NCBI GenBank assembly: GCA_035493035.1
Contig: DATJIS010000011.1
Coordinates: 11,470 to 75,469, forward strand
From: Casimicrobiaceae bacterium
Lineage (GTDB): Bacteria; Pseudomonadota; Gammaproteobacteria; Burkholderiales; Casimicrobiaceae
Direction of reading: 5' to 3'
DNA length: 64,000 bases
Made by a program: the position numbers and the translations under genes. Shown one piece after another: positions 1 to 7,662 of this stretch; position 1 is the first letter of the stretch, and the number at the start of each line of letters is the position of its first letter. The notes under the pieces were generated by a model. The model was given only the letters and a program-made list of their open reading frames with translations, ran no database searches and was not told where the DNA came from.

Positions 1-1
1 G

Positions 2-910
2 CTCGTCGCGATCCTGGCGCAGGGTCACCTCCTCGTCGAAGGCGTGCCCGGGCTCGCGAAGACGCTGACGGTCAAGACGCTCGCGCGCACCATTCGCGGA
101 TCGTTCAAGCGCATCCAGTTCACGCCCGACCTCGTGCCCGCGGACCTCGTCGGCACGCGCATCTACAACCAGAAGACCGGCGATTTCGCGACCTCGCTCG
201 GGCCGGTCTTCACCAACCTGCTCCTCGCCGACGAGATCAATCGCGCGCCGGCCAAGGTGCAGAGCGCGCTGCTCGAGGTCATGCAGGAGTACCAGGTGAC
301 CATCGCCGGCGAGACGCACCACGTGCACGAGCCGTTCCTCGTGATGGCGACGCAGAACCCCATCGAGACCGAGGGCACGTACCCGCTGCCCGAGGCGCAG
401 GTCGACCGCTTCATGATGAAGGTGCTGGTCGGGTACCCGACCGAGGAAGAGGAATTCGTCATCGTGCAGCGCGTGACCGGTGTGGGCAAGGAGCTCGTGC
501 CGGTCGCGACCACCGACCAGCTCGTCGCGCTGCAGCGCGAATGCCGCAAGGGCTACGTCGATCCGTCGCTCGTCCAGTACGCGGTGAAGATCGTCGCGGC
601 GACGCGCGAGCCCGATCGCTACGGCATCAAGGATCTGTCGCGCTACCTGCAATTCGGGGCGAGCCCGCGCGGGTCGATCCACCTGATCGAGGGCGCGCGC
701 GCGCTCGCGTTCCTGCGCGGGCGCGACTACGTCCTGCCGCAGGACGTCACCGACCTGATCCCCGATGTGCTGCGGCATCGCCTCGTGCTTTCGTACGAGG
801 CGCTGGCCGAAGGATTGACGTCCGACAACCTGCTCGTGAAGATCATGCAGCAGATTCCCGCGCCCGATAAGCCGCTCGAAGCGCATGTCCGACTCGCACC
901 GCAGCTCTGA
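2..910 (+). CDS. MoxR-family AAA+ ATPase (5' end cut by window edge)
   Basis: The frame is open from nt 2. The translation reads ...GHLLVEGVPGLAKT (Walker A), LLADEINRAPAKVQSALLEVMQE (Walker B region) and MATQNPIETEGTYPLPEAQVDRF, the typical MoxR/AAA_3 pattern. Confidence 0.9.
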   Translation, partial: LVAILAQGHLLVEGVPGLAKTLTVKTLARTIRGSFKRIQFTPDLVPADLVGTRIYNQKTGDFATSLGPVFTNLLLADEINRAPAKVQSALLEVMQEYQVTIAGETHHVHEPFLVMATQNPIETEGTYPLPEAQVDRFMMKVLVGYPTEEEEFVIVQRVTGVGKELVPVATTDQLVALQRECRKGYVDPSLVQYAVKIVAATREPDRYGIKDLSRYLQFGASPRGSIHLIEGARALAFLRGRDYVLPQDVTDLIPDVLRHRLVLSYEALAEGLTSDNLLVKIMQQIPAPDKPLEAHVRLAPQL

Positions 911-1820
911 GGCGATCCTGCGCCGCCTCGAGTGGACCGTCATCCGGCGGCTCGACGGCCTCCTGCACGGCGACTACCGCACGCTCTTCCGCGGGTTCGG
1001 CCTCGACCTCGCGGACCTGCGTGAGTACCAGTACCACGACGACGTCCGGCACATCGACTGGAACGTCACGGCGCGCCTGCAGACGCCCTACGTGCGCGAG
1101 TTCAACGAGGATCGCGAGATCACCGCCTGGTTCCTGCTCGACCTCAGTCCCTCGATCGACTTCGGCTCGGGCGACGTGCGCAAGCGCTCGGTGTCGGTCG
1201 ATTTCGTCACCGTGCTCGCGCGCCTCCTCACGCGCCACGGCAACAAGGTCGGCGCGCTCTTCTACGGCGACACCGTCGATGCGGTGATTCCGGCGAGCGG
1301 CGGCCGCCGCCACGTGCTGCACATCCTGCACCGCATGCTGACGCGCCCCGAGCTGCCGCGCGCGCAGGCGACGAACCTGCAGGTGTTCCTGCAGGCGGCG
1401 CAGTCGATGATCCGGCGGCGCTCGCTGGTCTTCGTGGTGTCGGACTTCATCAGCCAGCCGGGATGGGACCGGCCGCTGTCGATCCTCGCGCAGCACAACG
1501 AGATCCTCGCGGTGCGCCTGTACGACCCGCTCGAGATGGAGCTTCCCGACCTCGGCATGGTCGTGGTGCAGGACGCCGAGACCGGGGAGCAGCTCTTCGT
1601 GGACACGCACGACCGCCGCTTTCGCAAGCGCTTCGCGCGACTCGCCGAGGAGCGCGAGCAGGCGCTGCGTACGGCGCTGCGCGCCGCGGCGGTCGACACG
1701 CTCGAGCTGTCCACGGCGGACGATCTCGTCGATTCCATCATGCGCTTCGCCGACCTGCGCAAGCGGCGCAGCCAGCTCGCGCAGGGCGGCGCGCTCCCGG
1801 CGCATATCACCGCGGCCTGA
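885..1820 (+). CDS. DUF58 domain protein (MoxR-associated)
   Basis: 311 aa with LREYQYHDDVRHIDWNVTARLQTPYVREF, the DUF58 signature. It overlaps the moxR end and sits in the canonical MoxR-DUF58-VWA order. Confidence 0.85.
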   Translation: MSDSHRSSEAILRRLEWTVIRRLDGLLHGDYRTLFRGFGLDLADLREYQYHDDVRHIDWNVTARLQTPYVREFNEDREITAWFLLDLSPSIDFGSGDVRKRSVSVDFVTVLARLLTRHGNKVGALFYGDTVDAVIPASGGRRHVLHILHRMLTRPELPRAQATNLQVFLQAAQSMIRRRSLVFVVSDFISQPGWDRPLSILAQHNEILAVRLYDPLEMELPDLGMVVVQDAETGEQLFVDTHDRRFRKRFARLAEEREQALRTALRAAAVDTLELSTADDLVDSIMRFADLRKRRSQLAQGGALPAHITAA

Positions 1821-1825
1821 GCCTC

Positions 1826-2872
1826 ATGACGTTCCTGTGGCCGCACATGCTCTACCTGCTGGCCGGCGTGCCGGTGGTGATCGCGCTCTACCTGTGGCTC
1901 CTGCGACGCAAGAAGCAGCAGGCGGTGCGCTACGCGAGCCTCGGGCTCATTCGCGGCGCGATGGGCATGGGCTCGCGCTTCCGCCGGCACGTTCCGCCGG
2001 CGCTGTTCCTGATCGCGCTGATCCTGATGGTGCTGGGCATCGCGCGGCCGGCGGCGGTGATCACGCTGCCGTCGCAGCACGAGACGGTGATCCTCGCGAT
2101 GGACGTGTCCGGCAGCATGCGCGCCGGCGACGTCGAGCCCAATCGCCTCACCGCGGCGCAGAACGCCGCGAAGCAGTTCATCAACGACCAGCCGAGCACC
2201 GCGAAGATCGGCATCGTCACGTTCGCCGGCACCGCGGCGCTCGTGCAGCCCCCCACCCAGAACAAGGACGATCTGGTCGCGGCGATCGACCGCATGCAGC
2301 TGCAGCGGGCCACCGCCATCGGCAGCGGCATCCTCGTGTCGCTCAAGGCCATCTTTCCCGACGTCGAGTTCGACCTTCGCGGGAGCAATCCGCGTCCCGA
2401 GGCGAATCGCGCGTCGCGCTCGCTCGACAAGAAGGACGCGACCGACTCCAAGGACGTGAAGCCCGTGCCGCCCGGGTCCTACCAGGCTGCGGCGATCATC
2501 CTGCTGACCGACGGGCAGACCACGACCGGCCCGGATCCGATCGAAGCGGCGCGCATGGCGGCCGATCGTGGCGTGCGCATCTTCACCGTCGGCGTCGGAA
2601 CGGTGAACGGCGAGGTGATCGGCTTCGAAGGTTGGTCGATGCGCGTGCGCCTCGACGAGGATTCGCTGAAGTCGATCGCCAACATCACGCGCGGCGAGTA
2701 CTTCTACGCCGGCACCGCGCTCGACCTGAAGAAGATCTACTCCGACCTCAACACGAAGCTCGTGTTCGAGAAGAAGGAGACGGAGATCACCGCGCTCTTC
2801 GCGGCGGCGGCGACCCTGCTCGCCGTGATCGCCGCCATGCTCTCCGTCATGTGGTTCAACCGGATTCTCTAG
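1826..2872 (+). CDS. von Willebrand factor A domain membrane protein (BatA-like)
   Basis: Internal ATG of ORF 1463..2872. N-terminal TM segment (MTFLWPHMLYLLAGVPVVIALYLWLL), a MIDAS-like motif (VILAMDVSGSM), and a C-terminal TM segment. Confidence 0.85.
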   Translation: MTFLWPHMLYLLAGVPVVIALYLWLLRRKKQQAVRYASLGLIRGAMGMGSRFRRHVPPALFLIALILMVLGIARPAAVITLPSQHETVILAMDVSGSMRAGDVEPNRLTAAQNAAKQFINDQPSTAKIGIVTFAGTAALVQPPTQNKDDLVAAIDRMQLQRATAIGSGILVSLKAIFPDVEFDLRGSNPRPEANRASRSLDKKDATDSKDVKPVPPGSYQAAAIILLTDGQTTTGPDPIEAARMAADRGVRIFTVGVGTVNGEVIGFEGWSMRVRLDEDSLKSIANITRGEYFYAGTALDLKKIYSDLNTKLVFEKKETEITALFAAAATLLAVIAAMLSVMWFNRIL

Positions 2873-2925
2873 CGCCGACACGCCTGCGGCGTCCCCGTGG
2901 CGCCGCCGCTCGCGCGACAAATCTC

Positions 2926-3717
2926 ATGGATCTTCAGCTACGTGGCCGTCGGGCGCTGGTGACCGGAAGCACCGCGGGCATCGGATATGCCATCGCGGCG
3001 GCGCTCGCCCGCGAAGGCGCTCGCGTCGTCGTCAACGGACGCACGCAGCAAGGCGTCGACGATGCCGTGGCGCGGTTGCGCAGCGAGGCGGGGCCCGATG
3101 TCGAAGGCTTCGCCGGCGACGCCGCGTCGGCGGAGGTTGCCGAACGGCTCGCACGCACGCATCCGGATGTCGAGATCCTCGTGAACAATCTCGGCATCTT
3201 CGAGGCGAAGCCGTTCGACGCCATTCCCGACGAAGACTGGCGCCGCTTCTTCGAGGTCAACGTGCTCTCCGGCGTCCGGCTCGCGCGCCTCTACCTGCCG
3301 TCGATGCGCGCGCGCAACTGGGGGCGCATCATCTTCATCTCGAGCGAGAGCGCGGTGCAGATTCCCCCCGAGATGATCCACTATGGCACCACCAAGACGG
3401 CGCAGCTCGCGGTGTCGCGCGGCCTCGCCGAGTCGCTGGCCGGCACGGGCATCACCGTGAACTGCGTGCTGCCGGGACCCACGCGCTCGCGCGGGGTCAA
3501 CGATTTCGTCGATTCCCTCGCACGCACGCAAGGCAAGTCGTTCGATGCATTCGAGCGCGAGTTCTTCGACAACGTGCGCCCGACGTCGCTCATCCGCCGG
3601 TTCGCGAGCCCCGACGAGGTCGCGCCGCTCGTCGCGTACGTGGCGAGCCCGCTGGCGTCCGCCACGACGGGCGCGGCGCTCCGTGTCGACGGCGGCGTCG
3701 TGAAATCCGCTTTCTAG
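2926..3717 (+). CDS. SDR-family oxidoreductase
   Basis: Internal ATG of ORF 1837..3717. ALVTGSTAGIGYAIA matches the TGxxxGIG cofactor motif. YGTTKTA matches the YxxxK catalytic motif. The length is typical of classical SDRs. Confidence 0.85.
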   Translation: MDLQLRGRRALVTGSTAGIGYAIAAALAREGARVVVNGRTQQGVDDAVARLRSEAGPDVEGFAGDAASAEVAERLARTHPDVEILVNNLGIFEAKPFDAIPDEDWRRFFEVNVLSGVRLARLYLPSMRARNWGRIIFISSESAVQIPPEMIHYGTTKTAQLAVSRGLAESLAGTGITVNCVLPGPTRSRGVNDFVDSLARTQGKSFDAFEREFFDNVRPTSLIRRFASPDEVAPLVAYVASPLASATTGAALRVDGGVVKSAF

Positions 3718-3787
3718 GGGAAGAGGCGCGCCGCAGGCGATGTTCGCTGCTCGCAGCCGGCGTTTCCGGCCGGCTAAGGAGCAGGCG

Positions 3788-4885
3788 ATGATGCGCGCAT
3801 TCAGGGGGTTGGCCGCCGCGGCTTTCGGTTGTCTTGCGCTGCCCGCGGCGGCGTCGTTCCACACGTGGGTGATCGAGCAGCTGTACTCGAACGCCGACGG
3901 CACGGTCCAGTACGTGATGCTCCACGAGTCGGCAGGCTTCGACGGGGAGAGCTTTCTCAACGGCTACACGCTGACCAGCACGCACGCCGGCGTGACCAAG
4001 ACGTTCACGTTCACCAAGGCGCTGCCCGGCACGGCGACCGCGGGCAGGCGCTTCCTCATCGCGACGCAGGGCTACGCGGATCTCGCGAGCAAATCGGCAA
4101 CGCCCGGCATGGGCATGTCGCCGCCGCTCTACTACTACCCGCCGCCCCCGCCGCCGCCCCCGCCGCAGCCACCCGTCGTGGCGAACGGGCAGCCCGACTT
4201 CGTGATGCCCAACGGTTTCCTGGCGACCGACGGCGGCACGCTCAACTACGCGGGCGTGGATCAGATGACGTACGCCGCGCTGCCCACCGACGGCCTGAAT
4301 GCGCTGAACCGCGCCGGCACGACGGGGCCGGCAACGCCGATGAACTTCGCCGGCATCAGCACGGCGCTGTCCGCGACGCCCGTGACCTTGGTCGAGTTCT
4401 ACAATGCGGCGCTCGATCACTATTTCGTGAGCGCCCTGCAGCCCGACATCGATGCGCTCGACACGGGGCGCATCGCGGGGTGGATGCGTACCGGCCTGTC
4501 GTTCAAGGTGTTTCCCACGGCCGCCGCCGGCAGCGCCGGCGTGAATGGCGTGTGCCGCTTCCTCATTCCGCCCGAGCACGGCGATTCCCACTTCTTCTCC
4601 GCGTCGCCGGACGAATGCAATGCCGTCCTCGCGAAGATCGGCGTCGACCCGAACTACAGCGGCTACGTGGAGGAAACGGCCAGCGCGTTCTTCATCGCGC
4701 TGCCCGACACGACGACCGGCGCGTGTCCCGCCGGCACGACGCCCGTGTATCGGCTCTTCAACAACCGGACTGACGCGAATCACCGCTATACGACGGACGC
4801 GACGGTGAAGGCGGCGATGATCGCGCGCGGCTACATCGCCGAAGGCTACGGGCCCGACGCCACCATCATGTGCGCACCGGCCTGA
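3788..4885 (+). CDS. Secreted protein: LTD-like N-domain, poly-proline linker, DUF5648-like C-terminal domain
   Basis: AAGGAG lies 6 nt upstream of the ATG at 3788. Signal peptide MMRAFRGLAAAAFGCLALPAAAS. A PPPPPPPPPPQPP run is present. The C-terminal ~160 aa are clearly paralogous to the C-terminus of CDS 30670..32202 (FYNAALDHYF / YYNAGFDHYF; CPAGTTPVYRLFN / CPAGTLPVYRLYN; NHRYTTD / NHRFTTD). Confidence 0.75.
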   Translation: MMRAFRGLAAAAFGCLALPAAASFHTWVIEQLYSNADGTVQYVMLHESAGFDGESFLNGYTLTSTHAGVTKTFTFTKALPGTATAGRRFLIATQGYADLASKSATPGMGMSPPLYYYPPPPPPPPPQPPVVANGQPDFVMPNGFLATDGGTLNYAGVDQMTYAALPTDGLNALNRAGTTGPATPMNFAGISTALSATPVTLVEFYNAALDHYFVSALQPDIDALDTGRIAGWMRTGLSFKVFPTAAAGSAGVNGVCRFLIPPEHGDSHFFSASPDECNAVLAKIGVDPNYSGYVEETASAFFIALPDTTTGACPAGTTPVYRLFNNRTDANHRYTTDATVKAAMIARGYIAEGYGPDATIMCAPA

Positions 4886-4966
4886 CGGCCGGGTGGCCGT
4901 TACGCCCGCTATACTGCCGACCAGTCCAAACCGGCCGGCAGCCCCTCGGGGCCGCGTTCCCGTGCG

Positions 4967-5302
4967 ATGAACGAAAGCGCGGATGCGGCGGTGTCGTCGA
5001 CGACCGGCACGCCGCATCACGGGCGTGCCCGTCTGCTCGGCGCCGTCTCGGTGATCCTCGGCGCGTTGCCCGCGGTCTACGCGGCGGTGCACGCGCTCGT
5101 GCCGATCGCCATGCCGAGCGCGTTTCCCTGGCCGTGGTTCGGCCTGGCGCTCGCCGCCGCCGTCGTTGCCGTTGCAGCGCTTCGTGCGCGACCGCGCGGC
5201 GCGCTCGCCGCCGGCCTCGCGGTGCTCGGCCTCGTGCTCGCGCTGGTGCTGCCGGCGCTGATCGGCTTCGTATTCGTGCACTACCTCAACTGGAGCTCCT
5301 GA
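4967..5302 (+). CDS. Small hydrophobic membrane protein (hypothetical)
   Basis: 111 aa with three predicted hydrophobic segments. Third-position GC is high, like the neighbouring genes. Its stop directly abuts the next start at 5303. Confidence 0.55.
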   Translation: MNESADAAVSSTTGTPHHGRARLLGAVSVILGALPAVYAAVHALVPIAMPSAFPWPWFGLALAAAVVAVAALRARPRGALAAGLAVLGLVLALVLPALIGFVFVHYLNWSS

Positions 5303-5635
5303 ATGCAGAGGGCATTTCGTCTTGCGTGCGGGCTGGGCGCGCTGGCGCTCGCGACGGTTGCGTGCGGCGCGCATGCGGCGGCGCTCGCCAAGGACACGCG
5401 CGTGCGCGTGCAGGCGTCGGGCATCGAGCCCGGCTGGCACGAGGGCCGTGTCGGCATCGCGGGATCGGGATGCACCATGATCCTGCTCGATGCGAAGACG
5501 AAGAGCGGCTACACCATGGTGTCGCTGCACGGCGCCGCACAGCTCCAGCGCAAGGAAGGCGCCGGCTGGGTCGACGTCCCGGTGAAGGCGCTGGCCGCGG
5601 AGGAACCGAAGGCCTGCCACGGCGACAACGACTGA
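5303..5635 (+). CDS. Small secreted protein or lipoprotein (hypothetical)
   Basis: 110 aa. N-terminal signal peptide MQRAFRLACGLGALALATVACGAHA. Genome-typical codon bias. The start abuts the preceding stop. Confidence 0.55.
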   Translation: MQRAFRLACGLGALALATVACGAHAAALAKDTRVRVQASGIEPGWHEGRVGIAGSGCTMILLDAKTKSGYTMVSLHGAAQLQRKEGAGWVDVPVKALAAEEPKACHGDND

Positions 5636-5655
5636 ACGCCGGATCGGCCGCGCAC

Positions 5656-6156
5656 ATGGCTTCGTCGTCCAAACCGCCGGGAGCCGCGGACGAGCGCGAG
5701 AGCGTCTCGCTCGTTCAGGCCACCGAGAACGTCATCGACGAATGCCGGATGGTGCTGCCGGGGATCCAGGCGCTCTTCGGCTTCCAGCTCATCGTCGTCT
5801 TCTCCGACGGCTTCGACAGCCACGTGAGCGACACGGGCCGCGTGCTGCATCTCGCCGCGACCGGCCTCGTGGCGATCGCGGTGGCGCTGATCATGACGCC
5901 GGCGGCGTTCCATCGCCAGACCGCGACGCGGCACGTGTCGTCGGGCTTCCTGCGCCTCGCGTCCCGCCTCCTGATCCTCAGCATGCTGCCGCTCGCCATC
6001 GGGATCTCGCTCGATTTCTATCTCGTCGCGCGCGTGGTGGTCGACTTCGGCGTCGCGCTCGGCGCCGCCGTGGTGCTGTTCCTCATCTTCATGGCGCTCT
6101 GGTACGGGCTGCCGCGGCTGCGCCGCATGCGCGATCTCGCCGGCGCGAAGGATTGA
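5656..6156 (+). CDS. DUF6328-like membrane protein
   Basis: Internal ATG of ORF 4870..6156. Contains ATENVIDECRMVLPGIQALFGFQLIVVFSDGF followed by three TM segments. The pattern is recalled from the DUF6328 family. Confidence 0.6.
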   Translation: MASSSKPPGAADERESVSLVQATENVIDECRMVLPGIQALFGFQLIVVFSDGFDSHVSDTGRVLHLAATGLVAIAVALIMTPAAFHRQTATRHVSSGFLRLASRLLILSMLPLAIGISLDFYLVARVVVDFGVALGAAVVLFLIFMALWYGLPRLRRMRDLAGAKD

Positions 6157-6162
6157 CGCCGC

Positions 6163-6525
6163 GTGCGCGAGCGCGTCATCGCCGACGCGCTGGTCGTGGC
6201 GCATCTCGCGTTCATCCTGTTCGTGCTGTTCGGCGGCCTGCTGACCGTCTGGCGCCGCGCGTTCGCGCTGCTGCACCTGCCCGCGCTCGCGTGGGGGCTG
6301 TACACCGAGGCGACGGCGACCATCTGCCCGCTGACGCCGCTGGAGAACGCATTCCGCCACGCCGCGGGACAGGCCGGCTACGCCGGCGGCTTCGTCGAGC
6401 ACTACCTCGTGCGGGTGATCTATCCGCCCGGACTGACGCCCACGACCCAGGTCGCGATCGCGGTGTTCCTGGTCGTGTTCAACGCCGGCGTGTACGCGTG
6501 GACGTTGCGGCGACAACGAACGTGA
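6163..6525 (+). CDS. DUF2784 domain membrane protein
   Basis: GTG start, 120 aa. Contains ...TICPLTPLENAFRHAAGQAGYAGGFVEHYL... with flanking TM helices, typical of DUF2784. Confidence 0.65.
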   Translation: MRERVIADALVVAHLAFILFVLFGGLLTVWRRAFALLHLPALAWGLYTEATATICPLTPLENAFRHAAGQAGYAGGFVEHYLVRVIYPPGLTPTTQVAIAVFLVVFNAGVYAWTLRRQRT

Positions 6526-7662
6526 CTACGTCGTCACCAGCTTCTTGTGCGCCGAAACGCTCATGAGCACGCCCAGGCCGATGAAGAGCGAGATGAGCGC
6601 CGTGCCGCCGTACGACACCAGCGGCAAGGGAACGCCCACCACCGGCAGCACGCCGCTTACCATGCCCATGTTCACGAAGGCGTAGGTGAAGAACATCAAC
6701 GTGACGGCGCCGGCGAGCAGCCGCGCGAAGAGCGTCGACGCGTTCGCGGTGATGACCATCGCGCGCGAGATGAGCAGCAGGTAGAGCACGAGCAGCAGCG
6801 CGTTGCCGATCAGGCCGAACTCCTCGCCGAACACCGCGAAGATGAAGTCGGTGTGCTTCTCGGGCAGGAAGTCGAGGTGTGTCTGCGTGCCGTTCAGCCA
6901 GCCCTTGCCGATCACGCCGCCCGAGCCGAGCGCGATCGACGCCTGCGTCGAGTGATACCCGGCGCCCAGTGGATCGCGCGTCGGATCGATGAAGGTCAAC
7001 ACCCGCTCGCGCTGGTAGCCGTGCAGGTGGAACCAGGCGAGCGGCCCGGCGTCCTCGCCGAGGGTGAAGAGCGCGACCACGCCCGCCGTGCCCACGGCGA
7101 ACAGCGCGACGATGATCTTCCACGACAGCCCCGCGAGGTACAGCACGTAGAAGCCGGACGCGGCGATGAGCAGCGCCGTCCCGAGATCGGGCTGGCGCTT
7201 GATGAGGTACACCGGAACCACGATCAGGATGCTCGCCACCACGAAGTCCTTCCAGCCGATGCGTCCCTCGAATTTCTGGAAGTACCAGGCGAGCATCATC
7301 GGGAGCGCGATCTTCATGAGCTCGGAGGGCTGGAAGCGCGCGACGCCGAGATTGAGCCAGCGCCGCGATCCGTTCACCACGACGCCGAACAGGGCGACGC
7401 CGACGAGCATGATCACTGCGACCGCGTAGAGCGGAACCGCCATGCGCGCGAGCGTCTGCGGCGGGACGTTCGCCGCGACCCACATCAGCACGACGGCGAA
7501 GCCGATGCTCGCGAGCTGGCTGGTAACGCGGGGAACGCTCTCGTCCGCCGCCGAGAACAGCGTGACCAGCCCCACGCCGACGATCGCCAGCGCGCACGCG
7601 AAGAGCATCGAGTCGATGCGGCGCGTGAGCACTTCCCACACGCGCGAGAGAAAGTTCAGCAT
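6526..7662 (-). CDS. rodA: Rod shape-determining protein RodA (SEDS family)
   Basis: The C-terminal 378 aa of ORF 6526..8409, starting at MLNFLSRVW. Contains FQPSELMKIALPMMLAWY, KRQPDLGTALL, HTDFIFAVFGEEFGLIG and PLPLVSYGGTAL. The TGATG junction shares 1 nt between the mrdA stop and the rodA start. Confidence 0.95.
   Translation of the reverse strand: MLNFLSRVWEVLTRRIDSMLFACALAIVGVGLVTLFSAADESVPRVTSQLASIGFAVVLMWVAANVPPQTLARMAVPLYAVAVIMLVGVALFGVVVNGSRRWLNLGVARFQPSELMKIALPMMLAWYFQKFEGRIGWKDFVVASILIVVPVYLIKRQPDLGTALLIAASGFYVLYLAGLSWKIIVALFAVGTAGVVALFTLGEDAGPLAWFHLHGYQRERVLTFIDPTRDPLGAGYHSTQASIALGSGGVIGKGWLNGTQTHLDFLPEKHTDFIFAVFGEEFGLIGNALLLVLYLLLISRAMVITANASTLFARLLAGAVTLMFFTYAFVNMGMVSGVLPVVGVPLPLVSYGGTALISLFIGLGVLMSVSAHKKLVTT

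Noticed and set aside
1262-2920. Very long ORFs in alternate or antisense frames throughout the track. Examples are 1262..2920(-), 3590..5620(-), 7857..10529(+), 27699..30458(-), 30100..32091(-), 50535..53915(+), 53872..57012(+) and 59951..63223(+).
   Set aside because: Their translations are Arg/Ala/Gly/Pro-rich low-complexity sequence with no recognisable motifs. Each fully overlaps a gene with unmistakable family signatures on another frame or strand. This is the expected consequence of rare stop codons in ~70% GC DNA.
4141-4176. The CCG/CCC-rich simple repeat as a non-coding repeat element.
   Set aside because: It lies in-frame inside CDS 3788..4885 and encodes the poly-proline linker. 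It is not an independent element.
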